Shown piece after piece: positions 27,043 to 37,335 of a DNA stretch of 64,000 nt (the first letter of the stretch is position 1; each line of letters begins with the position of its first letter). Source of the stretch: an uncultured Eubacteriales bacterium (lineage in GTDB: Bacteria; Bacillota; Clostridia; TANB77; CAG-508); contig CASEIZ010000024.1 of NCBI GenBank assembly GCA_949288185.1, positions 74,303 to 138,302 on the forward strand, in the 5' to 3' direction. Below the pieces are notes generated by a model that was given only the letters and a program-made list of their open reading frames with translations, had not been told where the DNA came from and did no database searches. The translations under genes were made by a program, and so were the position numbers.

Positions 27043-27275
27043 AATGTGCCTCCTTAATAATAAATGCTTGATTAATAGTTATTGATATTATGCCCAGAAA
27101 TTTTGCAACCAAGATGTAATTGTTTCTTGGAATTAAAATTTATTCAAACTTAATTGTACCATGATTTTTAAAGTTAGTCAAAAATATAAGTTGTTATTAA
27201 CTTGAAATAATGAGCATTGAAAAGTTTTTATTATTATGATAATATGTGAAAGAATATAAATTTAAGGAGAAAAAG

Positions 27276-28205
27276 ATGTTAAAAGCATATAGCATAATAA
27301 AAAATTTAGATAAAAAGGCATGTGAAATAATTAGAAATAATGGAATACAATTAGATATTTCAAATTCAGACAAAAGACCAGATAAAGAAGGATTGATTAA
27401 ATTATTAGATGAATATGATATCCTTATAATCGGAATAGAAGATAAGTTCACAAAAGATATGTTACCAATAACGACAAAGAAAAAGATAATAGCAACATTA
27501 TCTATTGGTTTAGACCATATAGATAGAGCTTTTTTAGAAAATGATAATATAAAAATAATTAACTGCCAAAATTCAAACGTAGTATCAGTTGCAGAGCATA
27601 TATTTGCATTAATACTAGCGTTAAAGAAAAGAATTTTAGAAGCAAATGATATTTCATTAAAAGGTGAAAACAGAAGAAAATTATCTATGAGAAGTAACGA
27701 TATAACTAGTAGTACACTTGGAATCATTGGTGCTGGTAAAATTTCTCGTGAAGTAATTAGAATTTCAAAAGCATTTAATATGAATATTATTTCCAATACA
27801 TTAAATCCAGAACTACATGAAGATTTAATGAAACAAGGAGTCAAATTCGTATCTTTAGATGAAGTATTATCAAATGCTGATATTATAACAATTAACATAC
27901 CATTAAATGAAGAAAATAGAAATATTATATCTAAAGAAAAAATTAGATTAATGAAAAAAACAACAACATTTATAAATACTTCAAGAGGAGAACTTGTAGA
28001 TATGAATGAATTAATAAATTATGCTGATGAAAATAAGACATTTAATGTTGGATTAGATATAGATGCTGAAAATTATAAAGATATTTTAAGTATAAAAAGA
28101 AATAATGTAATTGTAACACCTCACATAGCTGGAGTAACAAAGGAAGCAGTAGAAAGAATGGATGTAGAAGTGGCAAATAGATTAGTCGAATACATTAAAA
28201 AGTAA
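27276..28205 (+). CDS. D-isomer-specific 2-hydroxyacid dehydrogenase family protein
   Basis: GIIGAGKISREV (GxGxxG), TSRGELVD, PHIAG. ATG follows AAGGAGA. Confidence 0.85.
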   Translation: MLKAYSIIKNLDKKACEIIRNNGIQLDISNSDKRPDKEGLIKLLDEYDILIIGIEDKFTKDMLPITTKKKIIATLSIGLDHIDRAFLENDNIKIINCQNSNVVSVAEHIFALILALKKRILEANDISLKGENRRKLSMRSNDITSSTLGIIGAGKISREVIRISKAFNMNIISNTLNPELHEDLMKQGVKFVSLDEVLSNADIITINIPLNEENRNIISKEKIRLMKKTTTFINTSRGELVDMNELINYADENKTFNVGLDIDAENYKDILSIKRNNVIVTPHIAGVTKEAVERMDVEVANRLVEYIKK

Positions 28206-28222
28206 AAATTTAGGAGCAAAAA

Positions 28223-28828
28223 ATGAATATAAAGGAAATGCAACAAGCAGTAAAAATATTAGGCGAAGAATGGAATTTAGGAAAAAAAGAATCAGGAGCT
28301 GAAGGAAATATATGTGCTTGGATTTATTTAATGGAGATACTAGAAGAGAGTGAAAAGATTATTACATATAAAGAAAATGGTGAACTTGTAGGATTTTGTG
28401 GATATGCTAAATGGAATTCAAAAAATCATTTAATAAGAAAAAAATTATCAAAAATAATAAAAAATAGATTAATGAATAGTAAAAAGATAAAAAATAAAAA
28501 TGCAATAAAAAAGTATGATGAAAATTATGGATATTATGCACCAAAAGAAATAGAAAAGAAATTTGATGGAGAAATATCTATATTAATTGTAAAAAAAGAA
28601 TATCAAAATAAAGGTATAGGAACAAAGTTATTATTAGAAGTATTTAAACTTGCAAAAGAAGACGGATTAAAGAAAATTCAAATACTAACAGATGAATCTT
28701 GCAATCATGAGTTTTATGAGAAATGCAATTGTAAAATTGTATATGAAACTAAAATACAAAACATAGAAAGCAATATTGTTGGAAATAAGAAATTTGAAAA
28801 AGCATATGTGTATCAAAAAATACTATAA
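28223..28828 (+). CDS. GNAT family N-acetyltransferase
   Basis: Motif A YQNKGIGTKLL. Confidence 0.75.
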   Translation: MNIKEMQQAVKILGEEWNLGKKESGAEGNICAWIYLMEILEESEKIITYKENGELVGFCGYAKWNSKNHLIRKKLSKIIKNRLMNSKKIKNKNAIKKYDENYGYYAPKEIEKKFDGEISILIVKKEYQNKGIGTKLLLEVFKLAKEDGLKKIQILTDESCNHEFYEKCNCKIVYETKIQNIESNIVGNKKFEKAYVYQKIL

Positions 28829-28855
28829 TTTATAAATTACGAAAGGAAAGAATAA

Positions 28856-30091
28856 ATGGAAGAAACACAGAGTATAAAAAAAGCAAAAAGAAGCATAAAA
28901 ATATACCCAATATTTGCATCGTTTACAGGAGATATGATTTTTTTCGTACCAATAGATACTTTATTCTTAACATTAGTAAAAGGCTTAACAGCAAGTCAAA
29001 TAACAGCAATGACAATGGTTTCACTAATTATATGTATATTATCTCAAAAAATAATATTATCTATTGTAAAGAAAATAGGAAATGTAAATTCATTAAGATT
29101 AGGTTCATTTATGCTTTTAATAGCATCTCTATGCTTAACATTTGGAAATAGTTTCCCTTTGATGCTATTATATAAAACTATACTTGAACTCGCATATATA
29201 TTTTTAAATATGGATGAAATCGTACTAAAAAACAATCTAAATGCAGTAGATAGATCAGATGATTATTATAAGATTAGAAATAAAACAAAAATAATATATT
29301 CATCAATAACACTATTTACAGCATTAGTAGCAGGAAGTTTATTTAATATAAATAATTATTTACCAATGTATTTATCAATTGGAATATATATAATCTTATT
29401 TAGTGTTTCATTTTTATATTACGAAGCAAAAAACAAAATTAATGAAACTACGAAATCGGATAATAATAAACTAAAAATAACTAACATCATTTTTTTAGTA
29501 ATTTTAGCTAATGCAGTTTTTTATTCTATCATAAAGATGGGACAAAATAATAGTAAATTGTTTATGCAATATGATTTTCAAAATTTCTTATCCATTGAAA
29601 TGGTTACATACTATATAACAGCAATTGTATTTATTTCAAGAATTGCAAGACTATTAGGAAATATCATATTTGGAAAGGTATATAAAAAAATTAAAGATAA
29701 AATGAGTATTGCATTATCAATATGTTTAGCTTTAGCATTTATATTATTGTTATTAGGTCATTTTATAAATACGTCATTTGTAATAAAAGTATTGTTAATG
29801 TCACTAGGATTTTTCTTGATTTTAGCAATTAGAGATTCTTTCCAAGTATATATAGAAGATGTGGCACTAGGTATTGCAAATAAAGATGAACAACAAAAAA
29901 TAATAATAAAAATAGAAGTAAGCAGAAGAATTGGAACATTGATTTTAAGCACATTATTTACACTTATACTAATGAGATATGAGTTAGTTGTAGTTGAATT
30001 TATATTATTAATTTTATCAATAATTGAAATATTTATTAGTAAACAATTATGTAATAAACTAATTAAAATGAAAAGGGAGGAAGTAAATTGA
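28856..30091 (+). CDS. MFS-like multi-pass membrane transporter
   Basis: 411 aa with about 12 hydrophobic segments. No soluble domain. Confidence 0.65.
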   Translation: MEETQSIKKAKRSIKIYPIFASFTGDMIFFVPIDTLFLTLVKGLTASQITAMTMVSLIICILSQKIILSIVKKIGNVNSLRLGSFMLLIASLCLTFGNSFPLMLLYKTILELAYIFLNMDEIVLKNNLNAVDRSDDYYKIRNKTKIIYSSITLFTALVAGSLFNINNYLPMYLSIGIYIILFSVSFLYYEAKNKINETTKSDNNKLKITNIIFLVILANAVFYSIIKMGQNNSKLFMQYDFQNFLSIEMVTYYITAIVFISRIARLLGNIIFGKVYKKIKDKMSIALSICLALAFILLLLGHFINTSFVIKVLLMSLGFFLILAIRDSFQVYIEDVALGIANKDEQQKIIIKIEVSRRIGTLILSTLFTLILMRYELVVVEFILLILSIIEIFISKQLCNKLIKMKREEVN

Positions 30092-30678
30092 AAAACATAG
30101 TAATAATAGGAGTAGGGAGAGCAGGAAAAACAACATTAAGCAATATGATTAAAGATAAATGGAATCAATATAATTTAATTCATTCAGATTCAATTAAATG
30201 GGGAATAATTAGAGGAAAAGGTGAAGAACCTTATTACAGAAAAAATATTAAAGCACAGAAAGAATGGGAACATGGAGATGAATTTCAAAAAACTTTAGTG
30301 GAAATATACAAATCTTCAGTAAATAAAGATGAGGATATAAAAGGATATGGCACAATACTTGAATCAGGTCAATTAGAACCAAGATATGTAAAAGAGCTTA
30401 TTGATAATTATAATGTTTATTGTATATGTTTAGGTCATGGAGATTTAGACAAACAAGGAATTATTGATTTATGTAGGAAAAATGACAAAGAAAAAGACTG
30501 GAGTTATGGGATTTCTGACGAAGATTTAGATGCTCATGCAGAAAAGTGGGCAGAAACTAATGAAAATTTGAAAGTAGAATGTCCAAAATACGGAATTGAA
30601 TATATTGATACACATATAGACAGAAAAGAAATTTTAAATAAGATAATGGAAAAGATAGAAAAGGAAATTGAATATTAG
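30088..30678 (+). CDS. P-loop NTPase / small-molecule kinase-like protein
   Basis: TTG start after AGGGAGG, overlapping the previous stop. Walker A GVGRAGKTT. Confidence 0.65.
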   Translation: MKNIVIIGVGRAGKTTLSNMIKDKWNQYNLIHSDSIKWGIIRGKGEEPYYRKNIKAQKEWEHGDEFQKTLVEIYKSSVNKDEDIKGYGTILESGQLEPRYVKELIDNYNVYCICLGHGDLDKQGIIDLCRKNDKEKDWSYGISDEDLDAHAEKWAETNENLKVECPKYGIEYIDTHIDRKEILNKIMEKIEKEIEY

Positions 30679-30723
30679 ATTTTAAAATTTAGATAAAACA
30701 ATTTATATAGTGAGGGAAATATT

Positions 30724-31170
30724 ATGAATAATAAAGAAATAGAAATAAAATTAGATTTAAGACAAGACATAGATAATATGGTTAAATTACGTTTACATAG
30801 ATATAATGTAAAACATTGTAAGTATATGGAAGAACATTCAAGCTATACACATAATGATAAAATAACAGCAAATTTTGGGATTTTCAAAGATGAAGAATGT
30901 TTAGGTGGAGCAGTTGGATACATTTCGTTTGGATGGTATATGCTTACTGATTTTTGTATAGACGAAAGTTTAAGAGGTCAAGGAATAGGAAAAGAAATCA
31001 TTATGAAAATAGAAGAATTTGCTAAAGAAAATAATTGCATAGGCGTACAGTTAGACACTTGGAATTTTCAAGCACCTGAATTTTATAAAAAATTAGGTTA
31101 TATTGTTTGGGGAGAATTCAAAGATTGTCCTCCTGAAACAACTCATTATTATTTATATAAAAAGTTTTAG
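30724..31170 (+). CDS. GNAT family N-acetyltransferase
   Basis: Motif A LRGQGIGKEII. Confidence 0.8.
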   Translation: MNNKEIEIKLDLRQDIDNMVKLRLHRYNVKHCKYMEEHSSYTHNDKITANFGIFKDEECLGGAVGYISFGWYMLTDFCIDESLRGQGIGKEIIMKIEEFAKENNCIGVQLDTWNFQAPEFYKKLGYIVWGEFKDCPPETTHYYLYKKF

Positions 31171-31323
31171 ATAAAAAACTATTAAAAAGGAGCAATGTCA
31201 ATAAAGAAATTTGTTGATAAGCTCCTTTTTGCATTAAATAAACTTTTACTTGGTGGTAATTGTAAAAAATAAAGTGTTATGATAGAATGAAAATGCTTAA
31301 TCAAGTTTAATTGGAGGATTTTA

Positions 31324-31929
31324 ATGAGAATTGGTATAGATATAGATGATACATTAACAAATGTAAAAGAAGAACTAATTGAGGCAGGAGAAAACTATGT
31401 TAGAAGATTGGGAAAAGATATAAAAGTAGATAAAAACTTTGAAGATAAAAACAATAATGGCAACAAATGGCAAGAGATGTTTCAATTTAACTATGAAGAA
31501 TTAAAATATTTTTTAAAAGACATACAAGAAAGTATAACAAATAAAGCTAAACCAAGAGAGAATGTAGTAGAAGTTATAAAAAAATTAAAAAATGACGGAA
31601 ATAAAATTATAATTATTACTGCTAGAGATTCAGAATTCCATGATGATCCATATAAATATAGCAAAGATTGGTTAGATAAAAATAATATATATTATGATAA
31701 ATTAGTTGTAAATGCAAGAAATAAAGAAGACGCATGTATTGAAGAAAAGATTGATTTATTTATTGATGATAGTGAAAGTAATTGTTTAAATGTAAAAAAA
31801 GTTGGAATAAAAACGATAAGAGTTTGTAATAAGATAGAAGAAAACAATTCTAATTTAATATGCTTTAACAATTGGAATGATATTTATAGCTATATTCAAA
31901 CTATAAAAATAATCAAGAAAGAAGGATAA
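31324..31929 (+). CDS. NT5C-like 5'(3')-deoxyribonucleotidase (HAD superfamily)
   Basis: MRIGIDIDDTLTN, GNKIIIITARD, IDLFIDD. Paralog of the N-domains at 22238 and 33859. Confidence 0.75.
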   Translation: MRIGIDIDDTLTNVKEELIEAGENYVRRLGKDIKVDKNFEDKNNNGNKWQEMFQFNYEELKYFLKDIQESITNKAKPRENVVEVIKKLKNDGNKIIIITARDSEFHDDPYKYSKDWLDKNNIYYDKLVVNARNKEDACIEEKIDLFIDDSESNCLNVKKVGIKTIRVCNKIEENNSNLICFNNWNDIYSYIQTIKIIKKEG

Positions 31930-31931
31930 AA

Positions 31932-32375
31932 ATGAAATACATAAAAGAAGAAGAAAATCCAAATATAAAATATAGAAAAAGACCAGGAGCTTATGCAATT
32001 ATGACAAGAAATGAAGATAACAAAGTAGGAATTGTAACAGATGGTAGAGATTTATTTTATATAGGCGGTGGAATAGAAGAAGGAGAAACAAAGCTACAAG
32101 CATTAAAAAGAGAATTTATTGAAGAAACAGGATATACCATAAAAAATATAAAACCATTTGATGAAGTTAGGTCATTTATAGATGGTGAAGAAAAAGGGCA
32201 TCTAGAAGTAGAAGCATATGTGTATACAGCAGAATTTGATGAAAAAGTAGCAGAACCAATAGAGAAAGACCATAAAGTGTTATGGGTGAATCCAGAAGAA
32301 TATAAGGACAAGTTATATAGAGAATGGCAAAAATATATATTAAAAGAATATGTTGAAAGGAATTGTAATAAATGA
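31932..32375 (+). CDS. NUDIX hydrolase
   Basis: GGIEEGETKLQALKREFIEETGY fits the Nudix box Gx5Ex7REUxEExGU exactly. Confidence 0.9.
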   Translation: MKYIKEEENPNIKYRKRPGAYAIMTRNEDNKVGIVTDGRDLFYIGGGIEEGETKLQALKREFIEETGYTIKNIKPFDEVRSFIDGEEKGHLEVEAYVYTAEFDEKVAEPIEKDHKVLWVNPEEYKDKLYREWQKYILKEYVERNCNK

Positions 32376-33184
32376 AAATAGTTATCTTTTCAGACATACA
32401 TTATTCTGATAATTATAAATATGAAAAAGAACCTATCAAGTCAAGAAAATTGACAATGTATTCAGAGCCTCTGGTTAAAAAATTAATAGAAAAAATAAAC
32501 CATGAAATAAAGCCAGATATTGTATTAAATTTAGGAGATTTAATAGAAGATAGAAATGATAGTAAAAAGGATAAAGAAAATTTGGAATATATATGGAATA
32601 TTTTAAAACAGATAAAAGTTCCATTTTATACATTAGTGGGAAATCATGATTTAAAAATGATGAAATCAAAAAGAGAAGTAGAAAACATATTAGGTTATAA
32701 AAATGCAACATTTTCAATTGATTTAAAAGGGTATCACTTCATATTCTTAAGTCCTAAATTAGAAAATTTTACAATATCTGATGATGGAGGAATTTCAAGG
32801 ACAAAAAACATATCAACTGAAGATTTAAAATGGTTAATAAATGATTTAAAGAAAAATACATTACCAACAATTATATGTTATCACTATGGAATAGCTGAAG
32901 ATAATATGAAAGGAAATTGGTGGTTTGAAAAAGATAAAGAAGAAGCTTTATTAGAGAATAGAAACGAATTAAAAGAAATATTGGAAAGTGATAAAAATAT
33001 AGTAGCAGTTTTTTCAGGACATCAGCATTGGACAAAAGAAATAGAAGAAAATAATATAAAATATTTCATAGTTGGCTCTTTGGTTGAAAATGTGAATAAT
33101 GATGGAAGTCCTGATGGGATTTTTTTAGAGGTAGATATTAAAGATAAAAATATGAAAATAAAAAAGAGGCATATTTCTATATAG
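32372..33184 (+). CDS. metallophosphoesterase (calcineurin-like)
   Basis: SDIHYSD, LGDLIED, GNHD and SGHQH motifs in canonical order. Confidence 0.85.
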   Translation: MKIVIFSDIHYSDNYKYEKEPIKSRKLTMYSEPLVKKLIEKINHEIKPDIVLNLGDLIEDRNDSKKDKENLEYIWNILKQIKVPFYTLVGNHDLKMMKSKREVENILGYKNATFSIDLKGYHFIFLSPKLENFTISDDGGISRTKNISTEDLKWLINDLKKNTLPTIICYHYGIAEDNMKGNWWFEKDKEEALLENRNELKEILESDKNIVAVFSGHQHWTKEIEENNIKYFIVGSLVENVNNDGSPDGIFLEVDIKDKNMKIKKRHISI

Positions 33185-33221
33185 TTGAAAAATATAGTTA
33201 ATTTCAATATGGAGGATTTAT

Positions 33222-33824
33222 ATGAATACCAAAAGATTTAGATATCAACAAAGAGATTTTCATTTAAAAGAAATAGACAACTTAACAAATATAGATTGGA
33301 ATTTAGAAAAGTATGGTTGTGGACCAACATCTATTGCTAATGTATTAAAAAATTATGGATTTGACGTTAATCCAATAGATATGGCTAAAAAAATATTATT
33401 TGATAGTGATGGAAATTTTGATACTACATATTTACGAAACAAAGGAATCAATGATAGAGGTTTGATATATTGCCTAGAAAGACTAATAAAAGAAGATAAA
33501 TTCAATATCTCATATGATATTGTAAAAATAGATTTTTCAAATCCTAACAATCAAAAACAAAAAGTAATTGATTTAATGAAGCAAGGGAACATGGCAATAA
33601 TTCATGTAGGACCATCAGAAATAAGTCCATTAACTTTTTCTAAAAATGGTCATTATTTAGTAATTAGTGATATTGATAGTGATAATAATTTTTATGTTAT
33701 CAATTCTAATGAAATAGGAGATAATCAATTAGGTGTTCCATTTGATTATGATACAATTATTAAAAATATGACAGGAAGAAAAGACTCTTTCAATTTTTTA
33801 TTTATAAAAAAATTAGATAAATAA
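33222..33824 (+). CDS. papain-fold cysteine peptidase, C39-like
   Basis: GCGPTSIANVL catalytic-Cys block and a later GHYLVI His block. Confidence 0.55.
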   Translation: MNTKRFRYQQRDFHLKEIDNLTNIDWNLEKYGCGPTSIANVLKNYGFDVNPIDMAKKILFDSDGNFDTTYLRNKGINDRGLIYCLERLIKEDKFNISYDIVKIDFSNPNNQKQKVIDLMKQGNMAIIHVGPSEISPLTFSKNGHYLVISDIDSDNNFYVINSNEIGDNQLGVPFDYDTIIKNMTGRKDSFNFLFIKKLDK

Positions 33825-33858
33825 ACAATACCTAAATAAATAGAATAGGAGAATATTT

Positions 33859-35298
33859 ATGCGAATTGGAATAGATATAGATAATTGCATATCAAATTTT
33901 GATGATGTATTATTAGAAGAATATTTAAAACACGATAAAGAATTAAGAAATACAGGAATTATAAATGACAAGCCATATCATATAACAGTCGGAATGTTTG
34001 ATTGGTCAAAAGAGGAAAATGACGACTTTTATTACAATAACATACAAAGAATAGCAATGAGTTTAAAGCCATTAAATAATGCAAAGGAAGTAATAGACAA
34101 ATTAAAAGCAGATGGAAATGAAATCTATATCATAACATCTAGAGATAATGGAGAATATATAAACCCAGAGAAAATGACAAGAGAATGGCTAGAAAAATAT
34201 GATATATATTTTGATAAATTAATCCTTACTGGAAGACACGAAAAAGGACCTGCGTGTAAAGAAAACAATATAGACATTATGATAGAAGATAGCATAAAAA
34301 ATTGCGAAGATATAGAGAATAACGGTGTAAAATGCTATATAATGAATACGAGATATAACCAAGAAGAAACAAGGTTTGAAAGAGTGAAAAGGTGGGATGA
34401 AATATATTCAAAAATTTCTAAACTATATAAAAAAGAAGAACATAAAGAAAGAATAAATGTTATATTAGACACAGATACATATAATGAATGTGATGATCAG
34501 TTCGCTTTATCATATATGCTTTTATCACAAGATAGATTTAATATAGAAGCTATTACAGTAGCACCATATCACCATGATAATGATATTAGTATAGAAGAAG
34601 GACAAGAAAAGAGTTATCAAGAAATATTAAAAATTTGTAATTGGCTAAATTTTGATGCAAAAAATAAAGTATTTAAAGGTAGCAATGGTTATATAGAAAA
34701 TGGATATAATGAAACAAATGGAGCAATAGAAAAAATAGTAGAGATTGCAAGAAAAAACGAAAAAACATATATTATGGCAATTGGAGCAATCACAAATATT
34801 ACATTGGCTATTAAGAAAGATCCAGATATTATAAATAAAATTAAAATTGTTTGGCTTGGAGGACACAGCCCAATATGTGATAACAATAAAGAATTTAATT
34901 TTAGACAAGACGTACAAGCAATAAAGGAAATCTTTGAATCAAAAGTAGACTTAACAATCATTCCTTGTAAAGGTATCGCATCTAACTTAAAAATATCAAT
35001 ATATGAATTAGAACATTATTTAAAAGGAAAAAATGAACTTTGCAATTATTTATTTGGCAGATTTTATGATGATGGGATACATGGAATTCAAACAAGAAGG
35101 GTAATTTGGGATATAAGTGTTGTAGCTTATTTAATTAATAAAGATTGGTTTGAAGAAAAAGAAATGGATTGCCCAGAAATTAATAAAGATTTAAGTTATA
35201 GTTTTAATAAAAATAATAGAAAAATAAAATTTATAACTTATTTAAATTCAGATGATATATATAAAGATTTATTTGATAAATTAGTAGAAAAAGGATAG
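33859..35298 (+). CDS. fusion protein: NT5C-like nucleotidase + inosine/uridine-preferring nucleoside hydrolase
   Basis: MRIGIDIDNCISN, GNEIYIITSRD, IDIMIED. Then VILDTDTYNECDDQFAL (the DxDxxxDD motif of the IUNH family). Confidence 0.8.
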   Translation: MRIGIDIDNCISNFDDVLLEEYLKHDKELRNTGIINDKPYHITVGMFDWSKEENDDFYYNNIQRIAMSLKPLNNAKEVIDKLKADGNEIYIITSRDNGEYINPEKMTREWLEKYDIYFDKLILTGRHEKGPACKENNIDIMIEDSIKNCEDIENNGVKCYIMNTRYNQEETRFERVKRWDEIYSKISKLYKKEEHKERINVILDTDTYNECDDQFALSYMLLSQDRFNIEAITVAPYHHDNDISIEEGQEKSYQEILKICNWLNFDAKNKVFKGSNGYIENGYNETNGAIEKIVEIARKNEKTYIMAIGAITNITLAIKKDPDIINKIKIVWLGGHSPICDNNKEFNFRQDVQAIKEIFESKVDLTIIPCKGIASNLKISIYELEHYLKGKNELCNYLFGRFYDDGIHGIQTRRVIWDISVVAYLINKDWFEEKEMDCPEINKDLSYSFNKNNRKIKFITYLNSDDIYKDLFDKLVEKG

Positions 35299-35300
35299 AG

Positions 35301-36176
35301 ATGGAAGAAAAAGATTTGTTAATAGAAAAAGATAATATAGAAAAGGCATTAACATTTTATAATATAAATATAGAAGATTATAAGGATAAATGTTATAAAT
35401 GTTTAGATAACATTAATAAAAATAGTGAATTGAAGAACAAAATAAATTATGCACTAAAATTCTTATATAGTAATGAAAGCGAACAGTTAGAATTATTATG
35501 GAAAGAAAGTAATTTGAATAAATTTTTAGGAGAATCCTATAATAAATTCATTCATAACATAATACTTTTGTCAGGTTATAAAATACATGAAGAAAATATG
35601 AGTAAATATAACTTTGATACATACCAAGTTTTAGCACATAAAAACAGAGTTAGAGAATGTTTAACAAATGATATATATAATCAAAAACTAGAAGGAATTA
35701 GATTATCTCAAACTTTATGGGGAATATATTTTATAAATATAAGATTAATAGAAGTTGGAAGATTGCAGTATGAATATTGTAATAATAAAAAAGGAAAATA
35801 TATTAAAATTCATATACCAAAAGGAGATAAACTACTTTATAATGAAGTATTGAATTCCATAAAAAATTCTAAAAAAGAAATAAAGAAATACTTTGAAATA
35901 GAAAATTACGAATATTATTGTGAATCATGGCTATTGAGTAAAGATATAACGAAACTATTAGATGTCAATTCAAATATTGCTAAATTCCAGCAACTATTTG
36001 ATATAATTGAAGGAAAGGATGCTACTAAAGACATTATAAATTTTGTTTTTGGATTGCAACAAATAGATAGTTATTACGATTTGCCAGAAAAAACAAGTTT
36101 GCAATCAAAAATTAAAGATTTATTGATTAACGGAAAAGAAATTCACATTGGAATAGGAAAATTAAAGAAAATATAG
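35301..36176 (+). CDS. hypothetical protein, possibly GNAT-like acyltransferase C-terminal domain
   Basis: VGRLQYEY...IKIHIPKGDKL...CESWLLS...SNIAKFQQLF resembles the acyltransferase-domain proteins of Clostridia. Tentative. Confidence 0.4.
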   Translation: MEEKDLLIEKDNIEKALTFYNINIEDYKDKCYKCLDNINKNSELKNKINYALKFLYSNESEQLELLWKESNLNKFLGESYNKFIHNIILLSGYKIHEENMSKYNFDTYQVLAHKNRVRECLTNDIYNQKLEGIRLSQTLWGIYFINIRLIEVGRLQYEYCNNKKGKYIKIHIPKGDKLLYNEVLNSIKNSKKEIKKYFEIENYEYYCESWLLSKDITKLLDVNSNIAKFQQLFDIIEGKDATKDIINFVFGLQQIDSYYDLPEKTSLQSKIKDLLINGKEIHIGIGKLKKI

Positions 36177-36192
36177 AAAAAGGATAATTAAT

Positions 36193-36720
36193 ATGAAAAT
36201 ATATGTAATTAGACATGGAGAAACAGAAAGTAATTCCAAAAATATCGTTGGAGAAATTAAAGAAGATTTAAACGAAAATGGTATTAAACAAGCAGATAAA
36301 GCTAGTGAAAAAATAGCGAATTTGAATATAGATTTGATTATTTGTTCTCCAGCAGATAGAACTAAACACACTTGCAATATTATAAATAAAAATAATGTTC
36401 CAGTTATATTTGATGAAAGGCTAATCGAAAGAGATGTGGGTATTTATGAAAATAAAGATTGGAATAATATAGATAGAAAAGCATTTTGGAATTACTATTC
36501 TACAAAATATACAGGATTAGAAACAATGAAAAGTGTATATAAAAGAGTTGCAGAATGTTTAGATGAAGTAAAAGGAAAATATAAAGATAAAACAATTTTA
36601 TTAGTAACACATGGAGGGACATTAAGAGCTATCTATTGGTATTTTAATGGAATACCTGAAGATGGAAATGTTGGTTATGATATGCACTCAAATTGCGAGA
36701 TAAAAGAATATGAATGGTAG
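36193..36720 (+). CDS. histidine phosphatase family protein (phosphoglycerate-mutase-like)
   Basis: IYVIRHGETESN (RHG motif) and LLVTHGG near the C-terminus. Confidence 0.85.
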   Translation: MKIYVIRHGETESNSKNIVGEIKEDLNENGIKQADKASEKIANLNIDLIICSPADRTKHTCNIINKNNVPVIFDERLIERDVGIYENKDWNNIDRKAFWNYYSTKYTGLETMKSVYKRVAECLDEVKGKYKDKTILLVTHGGTLRAIYWYFNGIPEDGNVGYDMHSNCEIKEYEW

Positions 36721-36730
36721 GAAATAGTAA

Positions 36731-37318
36731 ATGGAAGAACTAAAAATAGATTATAAATTCAATTTAGAAGATTTTGAAAAAATGGAAGATATCGAACATT
36801 CATATTTCCCAAATGAAAATATAACACCAGCTGAAGAAGTATTAAAGTGGTATGAAAAGAATAGTTTAACTTGTATAGGTGTTAGGAACAGTAATAATGA
36901 AGTAGTTGCAAATGTTAATATACTTCCATTAAATAAAAAAACTTTTTATGATGTTTATGATAATAAGATGAATGAAGCTGATATAGTAGATTCTCAAATA
37001 GAAAAATATGAGAGCAACAAAGAATATTACTTATACTTATCTTCAATATCAATAAACAAAAAATATAGAAATATTTATCGTGTAATAACAACACTATTAA
37101 AAGGATGTATTGATTTATATAAACTACTAATAGATAGAAACATCAAGATAATAAAAATAATGGCAGATGTAAGTACAGAACATGGAGAAAAAGTATGTAA
37201 GAAATTATTGAAAATGGATTATATAAGAGATACAACTCATAATTCTAAAATTTATTGTGCAGATGGTAATAATTTTGTAGAATCGATAAATAGAATTATG
37301 AAATTTTTAGGCAAGTAA
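36731..37318 (+). CDS. hypothetical protein, weak GNAT-like features
   Basis: 195-aa ORF. YLYLSSISINKKYRN at the position of GNAT motif A. Weak. Confidence 0.4.
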   Translation: MEELKIDYKFNLEDFEKMEDIEHSYFPNENITPAEEVLKWYEKNSLTCIGVRNSNNEVVANVNILPLNKKTFYDVYDNKMNEADIVDSQIEKYESNKEYYLYLSSISINKKYRNIYRVITTLLKGCIDLYKLLIDRNIKIIKIMADVSTEHGEKVCKKLLKMDYIRDTTHNSKIYCADGNNFVESINRIMKFLGK

Positions 37319-37335
37319 AATTTAATGGAGGAAAA

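Noticed and set aside
27197-27898. 233-aa minus-strand ORF
   Set aside because: It lies entirely antisense to the well-supported 2-hydroxyacid dehydrogenase gene. It has an I/L/F/S-rich composition typical of reverse-strand reading of AT-rich genes, and no RBS.
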